Assembly: GCA_023213395.1 (NCBI GenBank)
Contig: CM041465.1
Coordinates: forward strand, 88,605,741-88,669,740
From: Cycas panzhihuaensis
Taxonomy: Eukaryota; Plantae; Cycadophyta
Reading direction: 5' to 3'
Length of the DNA: 64,000 nucleotides
Shown piece after piece: positions 13,901 to 26,126 of the stretch. A model generated the notes under the pieces. That model was not told the DNA's origin and made no database searches. It saw only the letters and a program-made list of their open reading frames with translations. How positions within the stretch are numbered: position 1 is the first letter of the stretch; the number at the start of each line of letters is the position of its first letter. Both the position numbers and the translations under genes were made by a program.

Positions 13901-14109
13901 AGTTCTTAAGTAGTGTGTGTATATATTATAATATAATTCACCTCATGAGTAGCCTATGATGTGTCGCAAGCCTTTATATCAACTAATAGTATGATTATAT
14001 GGATATGTATACATCTCACATATCTCGATGTATGAAAATGGTGGGATGGTATATGTGTATATCATATATATTAAAAATTATATATATGTAATTATCATAC
14101 ATGTTAATA
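10939..14109 (-). mobile_element. Non-autonomous LTR element (E); its 3' LTR is interrupted by copia B
   Basis: 5' LTR ~13655-14109. Doubled PBS at 13619-13630 and 13644-13654. PPT (reverse complement AAGGAGGAA) at 10980-10988. 10939-10979 aligns without gaps to 14069-14109 (34/41 by eye). No recognisable ORF in the ~2.6-kb interior. Confidence 0.72.
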
Positions 14110-17100
14110 AAGGATTACCTCGTCTTTCTTATTCAAAGGGCGTATGTGAAGGATGCATATATGGGAAGCATCACCATTATCCTTTTGCTTTAAATTATGC
14201 TTGGAGAGCTAATGGGAAGTTGAAGCTCATATAAATTGATTTGATGGATCCACTTTCAAACCCTTCCATATTTAGAGCTCTCTATGCTTTGGTATTTATA
14301 GATGACTATACTAGGAAGGCCTAGTTATATTTCCTAAAGAGTAAGTTAGAAGAGTTTATTTACTTTTAAGAATAGAAGGTATATATCAAGAATGAACATG
14401 ATAAAAAAAATAAGATTTGAGGATTAATAATAGTGAGGAGTATAATAATTATGCCTTTAATCAATTATGCTTAGATCATGGTATTAAACAAGAACTAACC
14501 ACCTCATATAACCTATAACAAAATGGTGTTGTTGAGAAAAAAAAATAATACCATAATAGAAATGGCAAGGAATATGATGTATATGAAGAACTTGCCACCT
14601 ATCTTTTAGGTAGAAGTTATTAGGACTTCTATTTATATCCTCAATAGGGTACTAATAAAAGTAGTTCATGGCATGACCCCTAAAAAAAAATAGATTAATC
14701 ATAAACCTAGCATTGACCATTTGAAGAACTTTTTATGCACTACAATTGCACACGTCCTAGAAAAAAATCATAAAAGGTTGGATTACAAGCATTAGAAGTG
14801 TATATTTATGGGGTATTCGTACTAAAATAAAGTTTATAGACTGTGGGATCTATAGGGGAGAAAACTTATGATTAGTTAAGATGCAAGATTTGATGAGTCT
14901 ATGATATATTATACTAAAAAGATATTGTCTAAAGAAGCCTGTAGCCCCCACTACTTTCATTTTTTATTAGTACCTCATCCATTGTAAAGGACAAGGAACC
15001 ATACACTATAATTTAGAGGGAAGAAGAATTAAGTGGAGAAGGTAATAATAAGGAGTAGTCACATGTGGAGGCACTAATAACACTAGGTGTTTTAATATTA
15101 TTATGGGTTAGGAAAACCATTTAAGAATTTAGTATGAAACTATAAAATGATATAAATAAATGAAGAACAAGGAGCCAACATGCTAGTTAGACTCTGGTGG
15201 TTAATTCCATGAACTCCCAAGACCCTACTTTGTATGATAAAGCAAAAGACGATTCTTATTAGAGGGTTATTATGGAGGAGGAATTTGGTTCTCTCACAAA
15301 AACTGCAATATGGGAGTTAGTTCCATTGCCTCCTAAGCCTCCTAAAAGAAACCTTGTTAGTTAAAAGTGGGTCTACAAGACCCAGTTCCACTCTAATGTA
15401 GAAGTGGACAAGTATAAGAAGAGACTTATTACTTAGAGGTTTAAGTAGAAGGAATATATCCATTATGAGGAAACATTTACACCAATCTCCAAGATAACAA
15501 TGGCTAGTTTGATCCTTTCATTAGTAGTAAAATATGGTTGAGAGTTACACTAATAGATATGAAGTTAATATTCCTTAATAGAAAGTTAAAAGAGGAGATA
15601 TACATAGGGCAACCTCTTGGTTTTATTAAGGATAAGAGTATCTTGTGTGCCATTTGAAAAAGTAACTCTATAGCCTAAAGCAAGCACCACATGCTTGGTG
15701 TACGAAGATTAATACCAGATTAAAAGAAAAAGGATTTGTTACCATATATCTAGACCCAAATCTATATATTCAAAGGATAGAAAATTTAATACTTTTTAGT
15801 GTGCTATATATTGATGATTTTTGTTCATTGATAACAACTATAATAAAACTATTATGGGAATAAAATCTAATTTAGGACTAACCTTTGACATGATAGATCT
15901 TGAGGCTTTTCTCTACAAATAAAACTAAGACACCTCTAGCTGAAGGTAAATGTAAGACTTGAGATAAGCCAAATGGAAGATAAAATTCTAGCATCACGAA
16001 TAAAATATAAAAAGATCCTACTTAAGAAATTCAATATAGAGAACTAGAAATCTATTAGAACATTGTGCACTAAAGGTCCAAAGCTATTAAAAGATATGAA
16101 TAAGCTTGTAATAGATATAATATTATATAAACAACTATTAGTGAGTCTTATATATTTAATATATACTAAGTTAGATATTTTTGGGTTTGTTTCTCACTGC
16201 ATGTAGAATCCTTAAGAACTACACTCGGTTACTAAGATATATAAAAGGGCTTTTACATATTAATTTTAGAGTACCTTCAATATAGAGAGACATAACTAGT
16301 TAAATATATTGATGTTACTTGGGGTGGAGGTGCCAATGACTATAAGTCCACTATTAGATACATCTTTAATATTAATAATGGATCTATTTTATGGTAATTT
16401 AAGATATAATAAATAGTTATATTATCATCCACTAAGGTAGAGTATCAAGGCCTATTTGTTAGTGTGAGGGAAGTTGTACAGTTGTAAGGACTACTTGATG
16501 TTCTAACAATATAGGGTAGGATGTTGGTTATACTAATTAATAATTAGAGTACCATCTATTTATTAAAGAATCTAGAGTTTTATGCATGTATAAAGAAAAT
16601 TAAGATCTATCACCATTACATATTTAGGCAAAGAAGGTGTAGATCAAGTACTATCTAAACAAAGATTAACATATGGATATATTCACAAAGGTGCTTATTA
16701 AAGATTAATTTATAAAGCTTTGAGCCAAGTTAGGACTTGATGAAGTTATCCTTAAGGGAGGATGTATTGACAAGAGTAATTCTTGCCTTCTCCTAGAGAC
16801 CTTTGATTGAAGATTAAATACACACATTTTTATTACAGGGGAATATTAGAGTGACTAAGTACTAACCACATAGTTAATGTAAATGTGGTTTAATTATTGA
16901 GTTGATTAATTGAATGGACATAATTAGCAAAGAGCTATATCTCTTCCAATGGATATACTATATGGGTTTACATAAATACCAAGCCCTAGGTTAGTTGCAA
17001 TATCTCATTATAGTGTAATCAAGGTAATGGTTAATTTGGCATGGTAGGTTTTTCTTAGAAAGGGTTTTCCCATATAAAACCTATGTATTGTATACTTGTG

Positions 17101-17175
17101 CTATTTGATGATTGCTTACTATATATAATCAAGATCTTATTATTTAAGATATATGTAATTTTTATATTTCTTCAT
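14110..17175 (+). mobile_element. Ty1/copia 3' half (INT-RT-RNaseH-PPT-3' LTR), family X
   Basis: KGLP...VCEGCIYGKH zinc-binding segment (ORF 14028-14234). FIDDYTRK and NGVVEKK integrase motifs. RT WELVPLP, LKQAP and LYIDD. RNase H DIFTK at ~16680. PPT AGGGGAA at ~16837-16843. LTR from 16844 (TATTAGAGTGAC), matching the end of LTR 24504-24949. Confidence 0.9.
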
Positions 17176-17785
17176 AAATAAAAATTTTAAACCATGAAAT
17201 GATCAAGAGAACCCATTTTGGAAGACACAAGGTTCATTTTCTACTTATTTCCTTTGCTATGATGTGCCATTCGAGTATTATTTTGAAACTATAATGTTTA
17301 ATCCAATGACATTATAGTGTATTGGTTTTTACATTTGTTATAGTATAATACCCTAATCCTATTATAAAATTATGATAAATTATCATGGTCATTGTTACAT
17401 TTACTACAATATCACATCCTTTTCTTGTATGATTTGATATGGTGCAATACTATGTTCTTCTTTTGAAAATGCATCAAAGTACTAAAGTGCCACTTTGATT
17501 CATTATGGCGTCAACTACATATGGCAAAAAATTTACTTTTACTTGATATTTGGATATGTTTATTCTTGATTTAGGGTTTTATAATTAAAATCTATGGACA
17601 CAAATTATAAATATGTAAAACCATGGATTTGAGCTAACTCTATGGGTAAATTTTGCTTATTTACATATGTATTTATCTGTTAGAGAGGCTTTTATTTTTT
17701 CGGTTATTTCTCATTAACTTCCTCTCAATTGTTTTCTTGGTTTTCTTGGAGTTCTTTGACTTGATCAGTCTTTAGGAGTATACTC

Positions 17786-18252
17786 ATTAGAATATTGAGT
17801 TTAATGAATATTGATATAATGTTTAATTAGTAGATGAGTTATCATTGGTTGATGTGAAAGGTTCTTACACATGAGTTTATTAGTTGATATATCAATATGA
17901 TAAGATTGGTTGATATATGAGGTAATGGATTTATAAGTATATACATGTATCAATTTAAGATAAGATGAGATGAGCTAGTGGAAAAGAGTTAAACTCCACT
18001 ATTCTCTCATGGTTTTTCCCATCTAGGTTTTTTCACTTATAAATCTAATGTCTCATGATAATATCTTTCTTATGTATGATTGTGTTATATTAATGTATAT
18101 AAATCTTCACTTAATATGCTTGATACTTATCATAAACATCTCATGAATAATTCTTATTTTATTATTGTTTGTTACAAGTTATATATTAATGAATGCTTTA
18201 TATTCCTCCTATATAATTTATTATTCTGTGTAATAAATTTTAATATGGTATT
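17786..18252 (+). mobile_element. LTR remnant related to the element E LTR, followed by a partial PBS
   Basis: AAACTCCACTATTCTCTCATGGTTTTTCCCATCTAGGTTTTT (~17991-18032) matches the reverse complement of ~13808-13849. Ends TTTAATA|TGGTATT at 18245. Left boundary uncertain. Confidence 0.55.
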
Positions 18253-18284
18253 CCACATTCTACATAAGTCATTTCAGAAATTCT

Positions 18285-19630
18285 TATTATAATAGCTTGG
18301 TTCATACTTCATGAGGCAAGGTTGTAATACACATTTGTATAATTAATTTTATTATAATATTGGCATTTTATGGTGGGTCCCATGCATAACCAAGTTATGT
18401 ATTATAAATACATAATATATCATATTAACATATAGTTATATAATTATTCTTTGGTCTTAATATAAGTTAAGGTACCATTATGATCCTAGTGCTTATTATT
18501 TATTTTATTGTGTATTATTTATTTTTATCAATTTCATTTCTCTACATGGTGTCAGAGCATATTAGTTTGCTAGTTCTTCATTTGTTATAGGTTATCAGTT
18601 TTGTTAATTTCCCTTGTTAGGGTTTAAAATTTTTATGAGGCTTATAATATATTGTAGGGTTTATGGTCTTTGGTGTATTATTGAGGTTGCCAATATTGGT
18701 ACTAGGCTTTAGAATCTACTCATTGTGCCAAGAGATTTGTTGTGTCAAGCTAGTTATATTTAAACCTGTTCAGGTCATTTGTTCTATTTACTCTCATTTA
18801 TCTCTTATTCATTTGTTTATGTTAATTTGAGAAGTTTGTATTCATTTATGTCATTTGTCTATGGAGTTCATAGTTTCCAATTTATCTTTGCTAGGCCTCT
18901 ATCTACCATAATCATGGTGTGCCATCAATTACATGATGTGTAAAGGGTTTGTTTATTGCCATCTTTAAATTATTATTTTCTTTAAGTAATTAAAGTCTTA
19001 CATCCAATGAAGAGTATGTGCTAGATTAGAATATAGAGAAGTGACCTTCCATAAGCCTTCTTACATATAAGATCATTTTTTTAGTTTGTTTAAAATCGTA
19101 CCCTATTTTTGAGTCAGTTCTATGAAACATCGTTCATCCCATTTTACATGAACATTGTGCCCACTATTTCATCATTGTCACACCAATGCTTATTAAGATT
19201 ATTGCTTGCCTCCATTAAAGATTCTTACATTGAATGATCTTGTTGTAAAGTCAGTGATCATTATGCCATCCACATGAAGTTTTATATACCATATTGAAGA
19301 TTTATTCATCATTAAAGATCAAATTTTTATTTGATAGATTGGCTTTGATTTTTTGAATCAATTATTTTATCATAAACATTATTGTTCATCATTTACACCC
19401 TATTCTATGCTATGTAAATTAACTAATTAAAGCACTAATTTTGTGTAATTTCCACTTGAGGATATATTTCCAATCATTGGATCATTTTTTATCATAGTCT
19501 GGGTACATTTATATGAAGAGAATTTCATGCCCTTTTTCAACCCAAATTTGTCATTGATCCATCCATGTGTTTTATCAATTGTTGAAGGAGATTTTTAGTT
19601 ACTAGTGGATTATGTTTCTATATTTATTTA
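18285..19630 (+). mobile_element. Non-autonomous LTR element: LTR (family A) 18285-18546, PBS, non-coding interior continuing at 24950-~25440
   Basis: LTR is colinear with 35860-36145 (shared GGTGGGTCCCATGCATA.CCAAGTTATGTATTATAAAT). PBS TGGTGTCAGAGC at 18547-18558. Confidence 0.75.
19268..19630 (+). repeat. ~363-bp direct repeat, copy 1 (copy 2 at 24955-25317)
   Basis: Same offset of 5687 at both ends of the alignment. Diverged, with many transition differences. Confidence 0.9.
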
Positions 19631-22600
19631 AAGAGAAGAAAACAAATATTATCCTCGTTGATAGGTCTCCCCTCAATGATAACTTTACTCAGCTCTAAAT
19701 ATGTATGAATTTTGATAAAGTAATCTATAGTAAGATCTTTGGTAAACACATTCACAAGTAGTTTATCACTCGAACAAAATTTTATTTGTAACATTCCTAA
19801 TTTTATCAGCTCACAAATATAATGGTGCTTGATCTCTATATGCTTTGTACATGTGTGAAACTCCAAATTCTTAGGAAGTTAAATAGCACTCTAATTATGT
19901 ACATGTATGACAGGCATGCTCAACATAATTCTAGGCATCTCTAATAGTCCTTACAACCATATGGCTTCTCTTGCAATGACACCCAGTCCTTGGCACTCAT
20001 CCTCTATAGATAAAAATATAATGGTGGTCTACTTTTTGGTTTTTCATAATACAAAACCATTGACAATGCCAAAAATATAACCTACAGTTGATTTGTGATC
20101 TTTTATATCTTCATCCCAATCTACATCTATATACCCATACAAGTTTGCCTCACCACCATGAAGGTATTCAAGGCTCCCTTCACATATTTTAGGATCCTTT
20201 TGACAATAACCTAATAAGGCTCTTGGGGATTCTACATGAAACAGGAAATGAATCTAATAACATAAGTAATATCTAGCCTAGTATAAGTTAAATAAATCAA
20301 ATTGCCCACTACTTATTGATATAAGATCCCATTTACAGCTGCCTTATCCATATCTTTCATAAGCTTTGTTTCCTTTATATATGGTGTCTTTGCTAGTTTA
20401 CAATCTTCCATGCTGAATCTCTCAAGTAGGTTTATGGCATACCTTACCTATGATAGTATGATATGATCCTCTATCTACCTAACTTTGATGCCCATGAAGT
20501 AATGGAGTTGACCAACATCTAACATTTTAAAAGTGTGTCCCAAATAGGACTTCATTATTGTAATAGTTTTGTTATAGTTACCTATAATAATAAGATTGTT
20601 GGCACACAATATAACAATAACTATTATCAATTTACTCTTTCAAATATAAAGACTCAATTCTAATTAAATTAACATAAACCCATCTTCCTTTAATCTAGTA
20701 TCCATCTTCTCATACTGAGCATGTGGTGCTTATTTTAAGCCATAAAGAGATTTCTTTAGTTGGTATACTAAATGCTCTTGATCATTCTTAATAAATCTTA
20801 GAGTCTATGACTCTAGATCTCCATTAAGAAACATAGACTTAACATCCATTTGGTATAACTCTTGACCATATATAGCTACTAAAGCAAGGATCAATTAGAC
20901 TGTTGACATCTTAGAGACTAATGTAAAAGTATCCTCATAATTAATTCCTTCTTTCTATTTAAAACCCTATGGAATCAGTTGATACTTATACTTGTTGACG
21001 TCTCTATTAGAGTGATACTTCTTCTTGTAAACCCACTTATAACTGACTAGGTTCTTGGACAGAGATAAGGGAATAAGATCCCATGTATCATTCTTCATAA
21101 TCAAGACATACTCCTCCTCTATTGTAGTTCTTTATCACTAGTTTTCCTTCATCTCATCATATGAAATAGGATCATTATAGACATTGGTATCCACCACTGG
21201 AGTCTGACTAGGATGTTGTCTTCTTATTTATCGCCCATATGTAAGTTCTTCCACTGTCATGCTAGAGTCTTTAATAGTCCTCCTTACTTATAAAGGAACA
21301 TGGGGTGTTGTCTATGCTGCATTATATAATGGCTTCTCATTAATAATTCCACTTGTTTCAGCTTCTAATCTTGACACAATATCAGGCTCTTCAACCTTAA
21401 CATGCCTATCGATAGGTTTATCAATTAACCAACTAGAAAAAGGAAGAAGTAGAGGATACAACTTGTCTTTAGATATATTTTTAGCATGATACATTGATGA
21501 CTCGTCAAACTTAACATCCCAACTTATCATAATTCTTTTCTCTCATAGATCCCATAGTATATAAGCTTTACTCCCATTCAAGTATCTTATAAAAATACAC
21601 TTTAAACTCTTATGATCCATCTTTTTATGATTTTTGTTAGGGATGTATACATACATAATGTACCAAAATACTTTAAAATAATAAATGGAAGGTTTATAAT
21701 TGATCCAACATTCTTTAGGGGTGATGCCACTAATAACCTTTATTAGGACCTGATTCAACATATAGATAGTTGTTGATACAACTTTTGCCTAAAACATTGA
21801 CAATAAGTTTTTCGAATGCACCATACACCTTACCATCTCCATCATGGTATGATTCTTCTTTTTTATAATACCATTTTATTATGACGTATATGAGACATTC
21901 AACTCCTATTTAATACCATAATTTAGGTTAAACTAATTAAAGATATTATTATCATACTTATTTCCATTATTACTTTTTAAGATCTTTATTTTTTTATCAC
22001 TTTTATTTTCAACAAAATTTTTCCATTTATCAAAATTTTCAAATGCATCAGACTTATTCTTTAAAAAGAACACCTAGACTTTCCTACTGAAATCATTTAT
22101 AAACACAAGAATATATCAAGCACTAGAAATAGAAGGATTAGGTAATAGACCCATTAAATTGATATGGATAAGCTCTAACTTTTCCTTTACTCTCTAAGCA
22201 TAATCTCTGGAAAATAGATAGCAATAATGTTTTCCATATACGCATCCTTCATAAACACCTTTTGAATAAACAACTTGCAATAATCTTACTACCATATGTC
22301 ATTTTTTTCATAAGATAAATGCTTCTATAATTAAGATGACCCAATCATTTGTGCCATAACTTGCTCTTGCCATTAGCACTAGTGATAAAGATATATGAAT
22401 CATTTTAAGGTTTACATTTCTCAAACACCCAAAAAATATCTTGCACTCTCCCAATGGCAACAATAGAGAAGTTCTTCTTTGGATCCTTAAATATACATTA
22501 GTTATTATATAGCTCAATTTTCATACCTTGCTTATAGATTTCATAACTAAATAGAAGATTCAACTTTATGATTGGCACATAGTATATGCCCTTGAATTTT

Positions 22601-24949
22601 CTCCTTGTAAGTGAAATGGAACCAGTTCCTTCTATAAGAAAAATGTAAGAATCTTTAAGAATGACATTTACATCACTTTTACATGTATTAAAAGCATTAA
22701 AGTTACACTTCTGATGGTTATATATTTCGGTGCACTTGAGTTAAGAATCTAGTAATCTTTCCAACTAGACTTAGTCACCCTCAATAATGTCGATACTATC
22801 AATAATATCAATACTTAAATACATTATGATGTAACATTCTTTCCTTTGTCAACTTGGTCAACCTTGTGCCTATCCTGCTTCTTTTCTTTGTGGCTTTCTT
22901 TCTTATAGTAGTTATGTTTTCCAATAAACTTCTTCTTCTCTTGAAGTGATTCACCTGTATGCTATGTCAACCTACTCTCTTAAATAGCATACTTTTTCTA
23001 CATATTCATAACCAAATCTTGATTTAAGCTTAACCTAGTAAGCACTCCATGATTCTTTAGCTTAGCATCCTTAGCTAGAATCAAGTTTTTTAGTGACTTA
23101 AATGATTCACCATCCATAGCTTCATCACTACCATAGATAGTTTAGAAGGTTCCAAATATAGCAGACAACTTTGATATAATAATAATAATAAGTAATCCAT
23201 TATTAATTGAGTTTGACTTTAATTCATCCAACTTGTTCTTCAAATTAGTTATCTTATTTAGATAAACACTAATGTTATTCTCATCTTTAACTTTGGAATT
23301 TAATAATTCCAACATGAAAGTAAGATATCTATTCATTTTCTTCTCTTCAAATGTCTCAAAAAACTTGGTTTAGATTTCATGTGGGGTTTCAAGCTTGTGA
23401 ACTAAGTGCTTTGGTTTAGGACCAAATATAACTTTAGCAAACCAACATCCATAAATTATTTTTCCTTGGTATGAATATGTTATTTTTCATCTAAAGGGAT
23501 AGATACAACTCTAGATTTAGTAATGGCCTAAGGTTGATTAACCATTAGGACTAATTCCATATTTATCTTCCATATATTAAAGTTATTCCCATTGAATATT
23601 CCTGGAGGAACTAACTTCTCCGTGTCAAAAAATAAACAAATATAATGACCCTAAGAAACCCTTAACCCTTTAATAGAACTATTTGAACCTCTTATAAGTC
23701 TAACTTGAAATAAATCTAATGATGCGTTATATCAATCAACACATTCATCAAGCGATATCTTCATCGATTGATATCTTCAATAGTGATAAACTTAATTAAT
23801 TATGATAACAACCACTTTATCGATTTAGGTAGTGACCACTTCATCAATTTAGATAGCAAACACTTTGTTATGCCACACCTCATCAACTACCTGTAGCTAT
23901 GACTAACTATGTCAATAATTTCATCATCTATCTTGTCGACTATTGTCAACAAATCTCTCTAACAGTATTCAACTTCTATCAACTATTATTGATTGCACTC
24001 TACAAGAGCGTCCTAATGTGTCAACCATAGGTACTTTAAATTTTATCAACTAATATCTCAACTGACAAATTACTATCAGTCTTAAACTACCTACTTAGTG
24101 ACCAAACTAATCAAGTTCTCCAATGTATCTATCTATAGTAATTTCAACTTCTCTTAATTAATGTCGACTAATAAGATTAACTTTTATCAATTAAGAAACA
24201 AAAAATTATAGACAACTACTCTTGAACCCTTTGACTTATGACATAAATAGGCAATTGACCAAGTAATTGCTACATTGATGGCTTAGATAATTGATGTGAA
24301 CTTGCATAATAAATCCAACATTAGGAAAAGAAATACCCATGCTATAAAGAAAACAATCATTATATTAATATGGAGGCTATCTTTCGATTATCATAAAAGA
24401 TTAATCTTCAATAAAGGGTTGAGCTAATACTACTTAGAAACCTACAATTTGATCAATTCACACAACTTTGCCTACTTGTGTATAACCTTAGGCTCTGATA
24501 CCATGTTAGAAATATCAGTGTATAACCTTTAGCACCCACTCAAATATCTTATAAAAAAATCAAGAAGAATAGAGAACTAATAATATATAGAAATTATACA
24601 CATAAGCATTAGATTATTTATGTATACACAAACACAAAGAATTAAAAACAATAGAATATATATAGGAAAACCTTTTAGGAAAAAACTCACCACAAAAGTC
24701 TATCAACTTTATTGATATAAATAACTTGCTATTTAGTATCAATCATTAACAATGAACTTAGATCTCTTTATATAGATCCATGAGTGTTAATTTGTCAGCT
24801 CAATTTATTTTTATCGTAATAAACTTGCATAAAATCCATTGTATATAATGTATTATAACAACCTCATAGTTAAATATCACATCATATGCACGCATGCCAC
24901 ATTAAACATTAGTCAGTGGTTTAAGTGATTTTTAATAGTCACTCTAATA
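19631..24949 (-). mobile_element. Ty1/copia family X, near full length, lacking PPT and 3' LTR
   Basis: 5' LTR 24504-24949 (TGTTAG...CTAATA). Perfect PBS GCTCTGATACCA at 24492-24503. gag GIFNGNNFNIWK at ~23600 and ORF 23142-23336. Protease *ILNSSAP at ~22750. Integrase (ORF 21543-21761), RT, and RNase H FHTCTKHIEIKHH (ORF 19624-19866). Confidence 0.93.
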
Positions 24950-24954
24950 ATTCA

Positions 24955-25317
24955 ATCCATATAAAGTTTTATATATCATCTTGAAGATTTGTTTATCATT
25001 AAAGATCAACTTTTTGTTTACTAGATCGACCTTAATTTTTTAAATTAATTATTTCATTCTAAACATTGACATTCATCATTTATGCCATATTTCGTGTTGT
25101 GTCAATCAACTAATTCAAGCACCAATTTTATGTCATTGCCACTAAAGGGAATTTTACCAATCATTAGATATTTTTTTATCATCATCTGGTTATGTTTATG
25201 TGAAGAGTATTTCATGCCCTTATTCAACCTAATTTTCTCATTGATCCAACCACGTGTTTTATCAATTATTGAAGGAGATTTTTTACTATTGGTGGATTAT
25301 TTTCCTATATTGATTTA
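24955..25317 (+). repeat. ~363-bp direct repeat, copy 2
   Basis: Matches 19268-19630 and begins ~5 bp after the copia LTR edge. Confidence 0.9.
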
Positions 25318-26126
25318 ATCTATATTCTATTTGATCTAATGTTTAATCAATTAATTGATTTGTAGATAAATTTGAACCATCGTTGATCATAGAATCACAC
25401 TGGAATTTTTTTGAGACTTAGGGTTATTTTTTTCAAGTTTTTATGAAATGAATTTCTATTGAAGTTATAATTAAAGTTTGCTTGCCCCCTAATGTGATAA
25501 CCCCTATTTATATAGGGAGCTTATACTACCAGTGGCTGACTTATGAGAGGGGCTAAACCTTAACTCTCCTAATTTTAATTTTTTTAAAAGTACTTAAGTA
25601 TTTCCTTGAATATATTGAGTTCCAAGAGTTCTTTTTTAAACCATCTAAACTACCGGAATCCTAACAGAGAGACAATTATTTTGGTATATAATTTGATATA
25701 TTTTATTGTTGTCTTTATAGAGAAATTTTAGTCTAACATTGAGCCTTTATACTAAATACCTACATGGTAACTAGATAAAATTTTCTTTTGTAACTTCCTC
25801 ATCATCTTTCTACCTATTTCTTGACCCTAAGGCAATTGAATTTCAAAGCCTAGAAGGCTATTATAAAATATTTTTTAAAGGAATTTGTTGTAATTTACAT
25901 ATTGAGTCCTATAAAAGACCAAGAAGGAGAAGGAGGTCTTAAAATCAAGAATAAGCTTACTATCACCTTGTTGATGGATTTTTGTAACTATGTGACCCAT
26001 CTTTTGTGAATTTAAGGGATAGAAGATACATGCTAATATCCTAAGTATGATGTGATTATTATGTACATGTTATGCTTTATTTTTATTTATAAGATAATAT
26101 CTTTTTTATATATTCCACATTATTTA

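Noticed and set aside
17571-18662. TTAGGGTTT/TAGGGTTT motifs as interstitial telomere repeats
   Set aside because: They are isolated single copies, common in plant retroelement leaders, and do not form an array.
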